64,000 nt of DNA from Epithemia pelagica (lineage: Eukaryota; Protista; Bacillariophyta). A program made the translations under genes and the position numbers. The notes below the pieces were generated by a model. It worked only from the letters and a program-made list of their open reading frames with translations, had not been told where the DNA came from and made no database searches. Every line of letters starts with the position of its first letter. Position 1 is the first letter of the stretch. The stretch is taken from contig OX337236.1 in the NCBI GenBank assembly GCA_946965045.2, positions 2,480,001-2,544,000 on the forward strand, in the 5' to 3' direction. Shown here piece by piece: positions 46,487 to 56,825 of the stretch.

Positions 46487-47059
46487 CTAGGCTTGTTGAT
46501 GATTAAAGAAGAGATTTTGAAGCGGGTGCTTGAGCATCATCGCACCAAGCGAAATGTTGAAGCGATCCATATCCTTGCTGCCCATGTAGATTGTAACGAC
46601 CTGGGGTTCCATGCAGGCTTTAGGGTTGATGGAGCAGCGTGTGTAGAGGCGGATGCGTCCCATGGGAGGTCCGTTCTTGCTCGTCTTTCCAGAGACCTGG
46701 TCCAGGTGCGACAGAGCAATGAACCCAACTGGAACAACCAACGCTGGTTCCTCATGCTCGCTTGTTGCATCCCGGTCAAAGACTGCAATCCGTAGGTAGT
46801 CGGTCGCAAGCTCCCGCTGCACAAGCAGATGGCCACGGTCGACGATGTTGTGGCCAGTGTCCTTGTTTCTCGACATGGGCCCGATGAGCGCGCAAACATC
46901 GCTGGCATAAAAGCACGACTTGAACGGGAGACCAGCACCACCCTCACGGCCATCCTCTTCGTTGAACTCGAACTTCGTCCTCATGTTGGTCATCTTGTTT
47001 CTTCTTCCTTGCCTCTTCCTGTCGTCTCTGTTTGATTGTTCCATTGCACGGCGGGTCAT
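46487..47059 (-). CDS. Small beta-rich hypothetical protein; homolog of 41140-41643
   Basis: Collinear motif conservation with the piggyBac passenger. Start could be any of four ATGs. Confidence 0.75.
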   Translation of the reverse strand: MTRRAMEQSNRDDRKRQGRRNKMTNMRTKFEFNEEDGREGGAGLPFKSCFYASDVCALIGPMSRNKDTGHNIVDRGHLLVQRELATDYLRIAVFDRDATSEHEEPALVVPVGFIALSHLDQVSGKTSKNGPPMGRIRLYTRCSINPKACMEPQVVTIYMGSKDMDRFNISLGAMMLKHPLQNLFFNHQQA

Positions 47060-47230
47060 TCGGAAGTTGCTTCATGCTGCAAGTTGATTTTGTGGCGCGC
47101 GCCGATATTGTTCACGAATGAGCGCGGGGGGATTCCCTAGATGACACAAGAACGGAGAGCGGGCAACAATCAAACAAACAAACACAACAATCAAACGAAC
47201 GAATCCCTATTGTGTTCTCACTTTCCAACG

Positions 47231-48128
47231 ATGCGCCAGACGCGTAGTGCTACCAAACGAGCTGAGTCTGCGAAGAAGGAGCAGGAGGACTCCGCCGCAG
47301 CTCCCTCCACAACCGCATTTCCCTCCGACAAGGGAAACAAGGCAAACAAGAAAATGAAGACAAAGACGGCCGTGGACAACAAAACGTCGAAGAAGAAGAA
47401 GACGACGACGACGAAGTCTCCCGCTTCGACAAAGAAGCATGTGACCTTCAACCTTGAGGGTCCTTCGTCGTGGCACGAGCGCGCAAAACAGTGGCAACTC
47501 ACCATTGGGGATGAAGATGGTATCCCAGTGTTCTTCGTCAGCAACAAGGACGTCGAATGCGCTAACCTGTTGGATATCGCGGCAGAGCTCCTTGCGATCG
47601 AGGCTGTCGGCAAAGAAGGTAAGTTTGATTGTTCATTGTTGGTTTTGAGTCTCCCTTTCTCACGACGCGCCCTCTGCTGCCACAGACACCAAACCCAACA
47701 GCAAGCCCGACAACAAGCCCGACAGCAAGCCCGAGAAGGAGATCAAGAAGGAGGACGACGTCGAGAACAAGACTCCAGAGTCTTATGTGACCCCGAAGAA
47801 AGTAACTTCTTCCCCGAAGGTGGCGTCTCGAGCTTTCGCACTGACCCCCTCACAGAAGCATGCTTTCCAGCGTCGGATTGCTGAGGAACAGGTGAAGGAA
47901 AGTGGAGCGACAGACCCTCGCCAGACTTTGAATGAGTCGCTGGCATTGGGAGAAAACATCCCGTCGTCTCCTCCTTTGTTCTTTAGCAATCCTTCCCGTG
48001 CATACCGGACATCCATTGATTCGTATGCCGATGATGGATTTCTCGAGACCCAAGAAGACTTCATCGGTACGCAGCAAAACGGGCTTTTTGGTCCCGATTA
48101 CTTGGATCATGAGGACGAGGCGTACTAG
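47231..48128 (+). CDS. Basic, Lys/Thr-rich hypothetical protein (276 aa, two exons), divergent from 46487-47059
   Basis: Intron 47619-47685 (GTAAGT...CACAG) joins ORFs 47141 and 47787 in frame. KHVTF motif. Confidence 0.7.
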
Positions 48129-48654
48129 ATATCTACTGATGGACGTTTTAGGTATCCTTAATCACTAAATATGAATCGATTTGTCATCATGGTACTTGTA
48201 GTGCTTCTACAGTCGTTCTTGTTGTGATTATCATTATTGTCGTCGTCCAAGTCCTCGTCATTGTCGTGGCTATCATTGTCGTCGTTGTATTGTAGTCGTC
48301 CTTGTTGTAGCTATCATCGCTCATCCCGTTTGTCCTCTTCATCATCGTTATGGTCGTGATTGTCATGGTCATCATCATCGTCGTCGTCGTCATCCAGCTT
48401 CCCAGTGTCGGTAGTTGGGTCCCGGTTTGCGGGCGCGTCTCGTATGGATGTACGAGGGAGTTCGTGATTGGTCCCAGACGAGCTATGATTCTTATCTCAT
48501 ATTTTGCGTTTTCGACACTTCATGGAAACAAACACGACAATGTACTAAAGTATAATATGAAGGAATAAACTAATAAATCTTAATGTCATACTGCAACTCA
48601 ACGTACCATGGTATTCTTTTTCAACAATAACACACTTTCACCACGAGGAAAGAT

Positions 48655-51513
48655 CTAAGTTTGATCGGCTTCTTTGCTCGCGATCTTCTTACCAGGTTTA
48701 TAATTCGCGGCCACAAGCACCTTACGAGGATTGTCACTTAGGACGCAAACACGCTTGTCCCCGACCCAAAGCTTAACCCCAACGAGCCCACTTCGGCGAA
48801 CACCAGGGATGTCTTTGTCATGGAAGTAGTAGTCGGAAAGCCTGCTTTCTCCAGAAGGAAGGTTGTAGGTGTTCTTTGGCATGGGATCGTGAACGGTCCC
48901 ATCTTTTCCTTGGTACACGTAGAAATGTGCACGTGGATTCCCCATCTCCCCAGTCTTAAAGCCACCAGCATGGACAGTATCTCCTCGAACGAGGAGAAAC
49001 GTGCCATATGGGATATGTACCACTTTACCCAGCTCGTTCATATAATCCTTGTGCTTCTCACCGCGGAAACTCCACAATTCAACGGACATACCCTCCTCCG
49101 CCAGGGGCATGAAAACAATAAAAGGCATGCGTTCCCGGAGTGGCAGATCTGCATTTGCTCTCCGAGTCTTTTTGATTGGTTGCTTCCCGGAGGGCGTTTT
49201 GGGACCTTCGGACATGTTCCCTGTTACGCTCTGGAACAAGAAGTCGATGTGAGGTTCTTGAACTTTTGCCTCTGTGGTCTTCATGAACGAAAGGTGAATG
49301 TTGATTTGGTCCGCAAATGAATCATCTTTTGCGTAGTTCATCCCATAGAGAGCTGAGGCAAGCAGCTGCTTGAAATTGGCCGTGACCTTTGCAGCATGTT
49401 TGGGGTTAACGTGGCCGAAGTACCGAATGTTGGACACCATTCCCTCATGTTCCATCATTGCCATCAACAAATTTGGTGTGTAGTCTTGAACAGATTTGAA
49501 AAATTTGCCCTTTCCTTTCTGGTCCAAGCCTGTGCTGTGCCACGCATTCTCCAACATTTCGAGGAGATCTGGCGGAGTTGTCAAAAAATATCCTCGATAC
49601 ATTTTGTTTTCAATATCGTACAGCCATTTGAAATACTTCGAGCGCAATTCTCTATGTAACAACTTCATTTCCTCGAAACGCTCATTCTCCTTCGCTTTCG
49701 CATCGATCGCTTCCATCTCCTCAAAAATACTATCCGTGTCATCTTCTGCCATTACCACTGGTACGAACATTCCAGTACTAGGGCTGGGATTGGCTTGAGT
49801 GGCGGGTTGAGCTTGTGCTGCAGGTAGGACGGGACTGCTGGGAAGGAGCACGGGTTGAGCTTGTGCTGCAGGTGGGATGGGATTGCTCGGAAGGAGGTGG
49901 GGTGAGCCTTCGACCGGCTGGGTCGTGCGTTGTTGTTGCTGCTGATGATGGAGCGATGAAGGTAGAGTCCCCCCGTAACCTCCATAGTTGGGTTGATTGT
50001 AGGACGGAGGATGTCCATGGTACTGCGGCGGAGGATGACTCGTCGGAGGATGAGGATAATGCGGCGGAGGATAAGGATAATGCGGCGGAGGATGATGATT
50101 GTACTGCGGCGGAGGGTAATTGTACTGCGGCGGAGGATAATTGTACTGCGGCGGAGGATGGTGATAATATTGCGGAGGATAATGCGGCGGCAGCTGAGGG
50201 GGCGAATTGTAGTGCTCAGAAACGTCTTGCGGAGGAGGCGGAGAAGGAAGAGCAGGAGGACGAGCAACAGCAGCAACTGGGCGGAAAACAGTAGTAGAAG
50301 AGGTAGCGAAAGCCTTCTTTGTTTTTTTCCCGTCGTCTTCATTTTCATCACTGGGTCGACCGCGTTTCTTTCCCTCGTCTTCGTCGTCGTCACCTTTCGT
50401 CGACGGTCGGATAACCTGTTCGGAGGACGTCGGCGATTCGTCCGAAAGGTTATAAAACAAAGACAGCTCGTCGCCCTTTTCGATCCGCTTGATTGCCTTG
50501 ACTAGAAGATTCGGCATGATTCTCACGTTGTAATGATCATCCGATTCATCCGGTGGATTGTCTGTACCGTACCGATGGTGTAGGTGGTCGTTGATTAAGT
50601 GCAGCCCCATGCCGAAGTGATCGTCGTTGTCTGCTTGAAGCCTTCGATTGTCACGTCCGAACTGAATCGCGTACTCGTTGGGTACAACTGTCCGAGACGT
50701 GACGTCGTTTCCCGTGTACGCACCAATCACTTCACCATCTTTGATTGTCCGAGCTGCAAAAACACCAAACCCGGCGCCTGGGAGTTTTGACTCCTTCACC
50801 TCAAACAGAAGCACTTTTCCAAGGTAGATCTTGACTACCGGATTGTTCGCAAATGTGTAACCGACATGCTTGCCGATCGGGAAGGTATGTTTTCTGTTCT
50901 TCTTGACAGGGAGACCCATTCCACTCGAAAGTGGCACAATCTTCCCCTTTTGCATGCCAGAACCGGGCTTCCGAATTGGAGCTTCTTGGACCGAAAAAGT
51001 GGCCGAAATCTTCCGTGAGACATACTCTCCCATAGCACAGGCAAGTACAGCACTGTCTTTGATCTTGGAGAGCGTCTTGAGGCCTTCGGTGAATTTCCTG
51101 ATTGGATCCCGTCCAGAACGAGAAGGGAGTTTCTCCACTTCCTCGATGCCTTTCTTGTAGTCCTCTGTGCGCGTATCGATGAGGAGCTGCCGCATTTGAG
51201 TTTCCGAATACTGTTTGCTGTGGTCCTTCTCTGGATGGCCACGCCAAACATCTGCAAGCTTTTTATCCTTCACTTCGGCAAAGTCTTGATCCGAAAGAAA
51301 CCGATGGTGCTTTGTTGTTGTCGCTTCGTCTGTTGCTGCTGCTTCGGGTGCTGCGGCTGCTGCTGCTTCGGGCGCCGCTGCTGCTTTGGCTGACTGCTCT
51401 TCCGCTGCATCTATTGCAAGTATAAGAGCGTCAAGATTTCCTTTGTCACTCATGCTGTCTCGTTTTTGAGCGCCTGCTTTTGAATACTGTTTCTTAGGGC
51501 TTGGTTTCCCCAT
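48655..51513 (-). CDS. SET domain + Pro/Tyr/His linker + 2OG-Fe(II) dioxygenase-like fusion protein
   Basis: SET (~50450-50810): EVKESKLPGAGFGVFAARTIKDGEVIGAYTG...LHLINDH...AIKRIEKGDELSLFY. Dioxygenase (~48900-49330): QEPHID, DTVHAGG, NPRAHFYVY. Intact intronless ORF. Confidence 0.8.
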   Translation of the reverse strand: MGKPSPKKQYSKAGAQKRDSMSDKGNLDALILAIDAAEEQSAKAAAAPEAAAAAAPEAAATDEATTTKHHRFLSDQDFAEVKDKKLADVWRGHPEKDHSKQYSETQMRQLLIDTRTEDYKKGIEEVEKLPSRSGRDPIRKFTEGLKTLSKIKDSAVLACAMGEYVSRKISATFSVQEAPIRKPGSGMQKGKIVPLSSGMGLPVKKNRKHTFPIGKHVGYTFANNPVVKIYLGKVLLFEVKESKLPGAGFGVFAARTIKDGEVIGAYTGNDVTSRTVVPNEYAIQFGRDNRRLQADNDDHFGMGLHLINDHLHHRYGTDNPPDESDDHYNVRIMPNLLVKAIKRIEKGDELSLFYNLSDESPTSSEQVIRPSTKGDDDEDEGKKRGRPSDENEDDGKKTKKAFATSSTTVFRPVAAVARPPALPSPPPPQDVSEHYNSPPQLPPHYPPQYYHHPPPQYNYPPPQYNYPPPQYNHHPPPHYPYPPPHYPHPPTSHPPPQYHGHPPSYNQPNYGGYGGTLPSSLHHQQQQQRTTQPVEGSPHLLPSNPIPPAAQAQPVLLPSSPVLPAAQAQPATQANPSPSTGMFVPVVMAEDDTDSIFEEMEAIDAKAKENERFEEMKLLHRELRSKYFKWLYDIENKMYRGYFLTTPPDLLEMLENAWHSTGLDQKGKGKFFKSVQDYTPNLLMAMMEHEGMVSNIRYFGHVNPKHAAKVTANFKQLLASALYGMNYAKDDSFADQINIHLSFMKTTEAKVQEPHIDFLFQSVTGNMSEGPKTPSGKQPIKKTRRANADLPLRERMPFIVFMPLAEEGMSVELWSFRGEKHKDYMNELGKVVHIPYGTFLLVRGDTVHAGGFKTGEMGNPRAHFYVYQGKDGTVHDPMPKNTYNLPSGESRLSDYYFHDKDIPGVRRSGLVGVKLWVGDKRVCVLSDNPRKVLVAANYKPGKKIASKEADQT

Positions 51514-51924
51514 GGTCGAAACGCAAAAACTCGAAACACGAAACACAAGAAACACGAAACGCAGCATTCTCCTCAGCCCTCAGCTCACATTCCAAAAAAA
51601 AATCTTGAGCTCACATACTAAAAAACGGTGAAGTTTTGGTATGTGGGCTGAGTTACTTAAGGATTTGCGTGCCAGTTTTGCGATGCGTGCGCGTTTTCGG
51701 AGAGGGAGGCGTGTTTCGCGCGAGGTCTGCTCCGAAAATCGTCCATTTTCTCGCTCTCTCACATTTTCGAGGTACTTACAAACTGATAATCCAACACGCA
51801 ACACGAGCACGCAACACGGAAGTGATCATTGATACCAATAACTGACAAGAAATACATTCAATAAAATGGATTGCTGTTATAAATAGTTAAGTTACATGCA
51901 TTTTGATGATAAATGGAGATTAGA

Positions 51925-54900
51925 TCAGGTTTCTACTGCACCAGATCCTTGCGTTTCTCTCCAGAGACGTGAGATGAAGCCATGATCTTGGTCGAAGGCG
52001 GATCGGTGACACTTGATTGCTTTTGACATCTTTTCAATTTTGGCATACGAGAGGCCCGCAGCTGCATAGTCTCTGTTGTTGGAATTTTGATCGTATAACA
52101 AGTACGCGAGCATATAGCGACGTGCCTTTGCTGACATTTTCCGCATGATTTCGGGTGTTGTTTTCTTCAGGCTCGCTGTCAAACATCGTAAAAAGGCAGC
52201 TTTGTCTTTCTTCTCATTCAGTGAGAAAGCACGAAAGACTTTTTTTGAGTAACCCCAGCCATACTCGATCCCCTCACCGGCCATTTCACAGTGATACTTG
52301 GTCGATACGAGAATCTCGATCCTGCAACGATGTCGTTCAGACAAGTCTTCCGCCAGCTTCTCCATTGCAGATTTTTCGTTCTTGAAATCGGAGCATTCGC
52401 TCATCAGATGAACCATAGAGTACTTTTTGTAGTCCGCCTGATAGGCTTCTTTCACAGTCTTCTTATCCGCTTCCAACCATGCATCTCTGGTTGTCTTGAC
52501 GTACTTGATCATGTTGTTAGGGTCTATCCACCCCCGCTCCCATAACACTTGAAAGAGCCCTTTTGCAGCATTCATCCAGCCTTCCTCGATCACGTCATCT
52601 TCAATCACCGTTGCAATGTTGGAGCGTTTACAAAGGTCCTGTAGTTCACCAGCATTTTTCGATTGAAATGAACGTTGCATTCCAGGTCCCATGACCCGGA
52701 CAAGTTTTGCCATGAGCTCCTTCTTTGTGAGGTTGCGCTTTTTCTTTCTACCAGTTCGGTGTGTATTCTTCGATGCGACACGCTGCGCGTCATTGAGACG
52801 ATGGCCTTTTTTAGCAACTGGACCACGATCGTTCTCCTGATAGACGAGGTGTTGTACGTCACCAACTCGTAGTTTGTCGTCATGGTTGTACGGGCCAAGG
52901 CAAGCTTGATCAATAATTTGTGTGTCCCGCATGCTGGGAACAGCTCCTCCCCAGTCGTTATTCATGTTCAGAGCATTTAACCCATCGGATTGTTGTTTTC
53001 CATGACCACTGCTTTGGTCGAACAAAAAGACAAAGTCATGGGCGGGGAACATGACCACGAGGCAATCGACAATATCCTCCAACTGCAAGGCCATGTATTC
53101 ATAATTCCAATATCCCTCTTTATCTGCTCCGTATTCAAAAAAGCGAGTGAACGGTTGGGCATTGGTAATTGGAGTCTTGGCAGTGTGACCATTGAGGTTC
53201 ACTGCAGCCTCGGTAGAGACGTATTTGTTGTGTGTCGCATGTAGACGGAGTTCATTAATCCGAAATAGACTCGCAGCAAGCAACGGGTTTCCGTTCATAA
53301 GGAAGCCCCATGATCGGCTTACAAAAGCGCTGATCATCATCCCATGTCCATCATCCTTTGGCAGCATTTTAGTTGCGCCATCTTTAGTGTACCATGCCTT
53401 AGACGAGAAGGAAAACTGCTTGTAGATCGATTCGTCCTGGCCGATGAGGATGACAGGTTTGCGGTCGGAGGGAAACCTGTGTGACAAGTTTCCATTGTGA
53501 ATTGTGTTTTCTGGTTTGATGTACCGTTCAAATTCGCTTGGGAAGGCATCAACATGGTACTCCCGCATCTGCTTGCCTGTTGTTACATCAGTGTACTCAA
53601 ATACAAAGCTGTTTGGCAAGAGCTTCTCCTTGCCCGCATTCCCTTCGTTTTCAAGTTTGATTGCATCCTCGGTAGGGAGCTGCACCCACCGATACGACAG
53701 CTCTTCCCACTTAAAGTACTTCTTGACAAAAGCAGCTCTGTGGGCAACATTCTCAGCATTTTCGTGTCGATCAGTGAAGTATGTTTTCGTGTGTTCCTTG
53801 AACACGAGCCCTGCAGCAGCAATACATCGCCACGCTGTGCTTTGCGAAATGGTGGAAAGCTTCATCGATGCCAAGAAGGCCTCGTACGATACTGGCGTTG
53901 CATTCGTATCCATGCACTCTTGTACGATCATGGTATGCATATCCGGAAGCAATGTTGTCCTCAGGTACATTAGAGCAGACTCTGTTGTAAGAGTGCTCAG
54001 GTTTTCCTTTGCCCAGCATTCAAACTTTACCTTTGCTTCAGGTATGTGAACGAATAAGACGGGCGATGGCTCTTTCCCAATATGAACGTGGTAGTTGGGA
54101 TGAGGGAAACTGTCGTTTTCCCGAAAGTACCTGTGAAAACGAGCAATGGTCTTGGGATGTTTTTTTACTTTTTCACCATAAATCTGTTCCATTTTGCTAA
54201 TGGCTTCGCTTATGCAGTTCAGCCATGTACGACCGTGTGGCATATCAAGCAACGCTATCTTATAAGAAAGTTGTAAATACGTTGCCTTGAGCAGTACCCT
54301 CTGTTGCTGTTCCTGGTTGAGGGGGAAGATGTCTCCCTTGTTAACCACATTCGGAAGTGCCTCCACGTTGGAAATGGCCCTTTCAAGGGTTTCTATCCAT
54401 CGCTCAAGATTTCGTTTTGACGATCCTGGAGAATCGCATTTGCCGGCAAAGAGCCTACGGTTCCTTGGCTCATCAAAATAGGCGCTTTCCATTTGTTGCG
54501 ATAGACCTTGGATCATCTCACTCTCGAAAAGTGAAAAACCAATCGGCAAACTCTGTGGATGGTCATGGCCGATTTCGTCTGTGGCCAATTCAGGATGTTG
54601 GATTGCTCCAACAAGCACCTGATTTGTGTTGTCGTGAGGTGGTGACGTTTGCATTTCGGTAGGGCTGTCTCCAATTTGTGGCGGTTGACCATGTTGCTGC
54701 GTTGCAGTGCTCTTGATTGCTGGTGGAGTTGAAGTGTTTCTTGCTTGCTTGGATGTATTTAGCGTGCCTTCACGCAACCCTGGTGACTCTTCGTTCCTTC
54801 GCTTCGTTGGCTTCGCTCGTCCCGACCGCCGAATCACATTCTCGGCTGCAGCCTCCAGCCATTCTTGATGATCGTCCAACATCACTGGCCCTGTTGTTGT

Positions 54901-55269
54901 GTCGGAGCTTACATAAAAGAATGTGTATCTTTTCTTTTGGATTGTGACTTTGTGGCGGTACCAGCCAAACTTGTTTGATTCCGACACCTTAGTTTCGAAA
55001 CAGAGTTTAAGAACAACATCTTTAGTCAAAACAAGATTCAGTCTGAATGGCGACAGTCCTGGCAGCCAAGTGTGCATGAAGTTCACAATCTGGGTGTCTT
55101 GGATCCACTTGTTGCAGAACCCAAACGAGGATGGGGAGCATTGCGTCTTAAAGACGTCAAGAATCTCTTGTGCCGATAAACTTCGTTCCATCCGAGACTG
55201 TGTTGCGTGGGATGAGTCGGATGATCGCGTCATTGAGTATGATGCCAACCCCGTACCTTGTTGCCCCAT
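51925..55269 (-). CDS. Large DDE transposase, IS630/Tc1-mariner-like
   Basis: Motifs IGQDESIY, FLFDQSSGH, KGLFQVLWERG, SDFKNEKS and STKYHCEMAGEGIEYGWGYSK. Intact 1114-aa ORF. Confidence 0.85.
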   Translation of the reverse strand: MGQQGTGLASYSMTRSSDSSHATQSRMERSLSAQEILDVFKTQCSPSSFGFCNKWIQDTQIVNFMHTWLPGLSPFRLNLVLTKDVVLKLCFETKVSESNKFGWYRHKVTIQKKRYTFFYVSSDTTTGPVMLDDHQEWLEAAAENVIRRSGRAKPTKRRNEESPGLREGTLNTSKQARNTSTPPAIKSTATQQHGQPPQIGDSPTEMQTSPPHDNTNQVLVGAIQHPELATDEIGHDHPQSLPIGFSLFESEMIQGLSQQMESAYFDEPRNRRLFAGKCDSPGSSKRNLERWIETLERAISNVEALPNVVNKGDIFPLNQEQQQRVLLKATYLQLSYKIALLDMPHGRTWLNCISEAISKMEQIYGEKVKKHPKTIARFHRYFRENDSFPHPNYHVHIGKEPSPVLFVHIPEAKVKFECWAKENLSTLTTESALMYLRTTLLPDMHTMIVQECMDTNATPVSYEAFLASMKLSTISQSTAWRCIAAAGLVFKEHTKTYFTDRHENAENVAHRAAFVKKYFKWEELSYRWVQLPTEDAIKLENEGNAGKEKLLPNSFVFEYTDVTTGKQMREYHVDAFPSEFERYIKPENTIHNGNLSHRFPSDRKPVILIGQDESIYKQFSFSSKAWYTKDGATKMLPKDDGHGMMISAFVSRSWGFLMNGNPLLAASLFRINELRLHATHNKYVSTEAAVNLNGHTAKTPITNAQPFTRFFEYGADKEGYWNYEYMALQLEDIVDCLVVMFPAHDFVFLFDQSSGHGKQQSDGLNALNMNNDWGGAVPSMRDTQIIDQACLGPYNHDDKLRVGDVQHLVYQENDRGPVAKKGHRLNDAQRVASKNTHRTGRKKKRNLTKKELMAKLVRVMGPGMQRSFQSKNAGELQDLCKRSNIATVIEDDVIEEGWMNAAKGLFQVLWERGWIDPNNMIKYVKTTRDAWLEADKKTVKEAYQADYKKYSMVHLMSECSDFKNEKSAMEKLAEDLSERHRCRIEILVSTKYHCEMAGEGIEYGWGYSKKVFRAFSLNEKKDKAAFLRCLTASLKKTTPEIMRKMSAKARRYMLAYLLYDQNSNNRDYAAAGLSYAKIEKMSKAIKCHRSAFDQDHGFISRLWRETQGSGAVET

Positions 55270-55578
55270 TGAGGGTGGTTCAAGTAAACCCTAAAGCGTC
55301 CGGATGCAGCTCGGCAACAAGGTACGCGGTTGGGATGGCCCTCCACCATGGTCGTTAGACAACAACCGTTTTTTCATCATTTTCGACGGAATTCTAGCGT
55401 TCGGAAGCTGTCACACATCACGGTACGAATAAAAAAATTTATTATTCAGACACTGGGTTGTCACGAGTCGGACACTTTCATTCACTAGTCAGGCCAAACG
55501 CTATTGAGGATTATATTTTATGGTACTAAATCTACGAGGGGTCTACGTCAGGAACATACTCCCTGAACTCAGCTTGTA

Positions 55579-56657
55579 GCCCCCCAGCCGCTCTCCGCGA
55601 CCAACCATTTTTATTTTGGTTTTTTTGCGTTTTAGAAGAAAATTTCGGGTCAAAATGAAAAAGACCACGCCGGCCTTCTGGATCACACTTTCAAGATTCC
55701 GTGAGCAGGCGTGCGCACTTTGACCGTTGGTCTTCCCCATTCTTGATTGTCCCACATTATTTTCACCACGCACCTTTTGACATGGACAATGGACATGCAC
55801 CATCACAATGCATTCTCCATCATCTGCACACCATGGACATTTGACAGATAGACCATAGATATTGTTTTGCTCTACCTCCATCCTTTCTTTGTTTTTCTAG
55901 GAGAAGTGTGGTTGTTTCTAGTGTTAGTGTCCGTTTAAAAGTGAACCCTCCTCCACAACACCGTGCCGTTGCCGTAGGCTTGTCTCTTTGCAACCACTTG
56001 ACTTACTACAGTCCTATTTTAGAATACGTTTCTTTCGAGTTCCGTTATGGAGTATGTTGAGTGTAGAGTCCCCTGCACTGCTGGGAAAAACATGTCATGC
56101 TCATGGCAATAAAAAAAGAATAAGAGGAGCAGGTCGACATCACAATCGACTAGAGACGACAGAGGAAAAATGGATGGCTTCCTCCACTTATCCTATCTAC
56201 TCCTAATTGAGTTCTATAGCTCTATTTTGTCCTATAAGAATCCTACAAATGATGCCAGCAGCATCGACCAAAATGGATGTTATTAGGCACAAACAAATGA
56301 CACACTATGGCAACGTAGTGAGAGCCTAAAACTAAACATTGTCCATTCCAATGCAACTATAAGTCATTCCAGAACTTACCATGCTGGATGTGCAGTGACA
56401 AAGATGAGATGAGATGCCCAGGGACGAAGCATGCCGTTTTTGGTGTTGGTTTGGTCATTGCCTCGTTTTGTTGCCTGCATCGATTTTGTGGCCTGTGAAC
56501 TGTGAACCCACCGAGAACACTATTTTGAGTCTTGTTGAGCAGAACGCCTGCCATCTTCCAACTGTCACAGCACGCCAGCCTTTCCAACGATGGATGTGAA
56601 ATTTCCATTCATTTTTTTGTCTGTGAGATTGGGTTTGTCTTGCCCGAACAGACGAGC
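55579..56657. mobile_element. 1079-bp insertion into the right TIR, flanked by a duplicated TA
   Basis: Removing it plus one TA restores AGCTTGTAAGAAGCGGACA, the exact reverse complement of left-TIR 45846-45864. The insert has no TIR of its own. Confidence 0.7.
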
Positions 56658-56682
56658 TAAGAAGCGGACATCTAGTCGGAGG

Positions 56683-56825
56683 GATCGATACACGTATCGA
56701 TACATAAAGAATGTATCGATACACTAAAGAATGTATCGATACACTAAGGAATGTATCGATACATGTATCGATACATAAAGAATGTATCGATACGTGTATC
56801 GATACATTCTTTATGTACCGATACA
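56683..56825. repeat. Array of palindrome TGTATCGATACA (8 exact ATCGAT cores), ending in a perfect hairpin
   Basis: ATCGAT at 56684, 56696, 56715, 56735, 56755, 56767, 56786 and 56798. Arms 56772-56793 and 56796-56817 are exact reverse complements. Confidence 0.95.

Noticed and set aside
48655-49400. Naming the dioxygenase TET/JBP, JmjC or AlkB
   Set aside because: Only the generic HxD...H...R signature is visible, so no subfamily or substrate can be assigned without profile searches.
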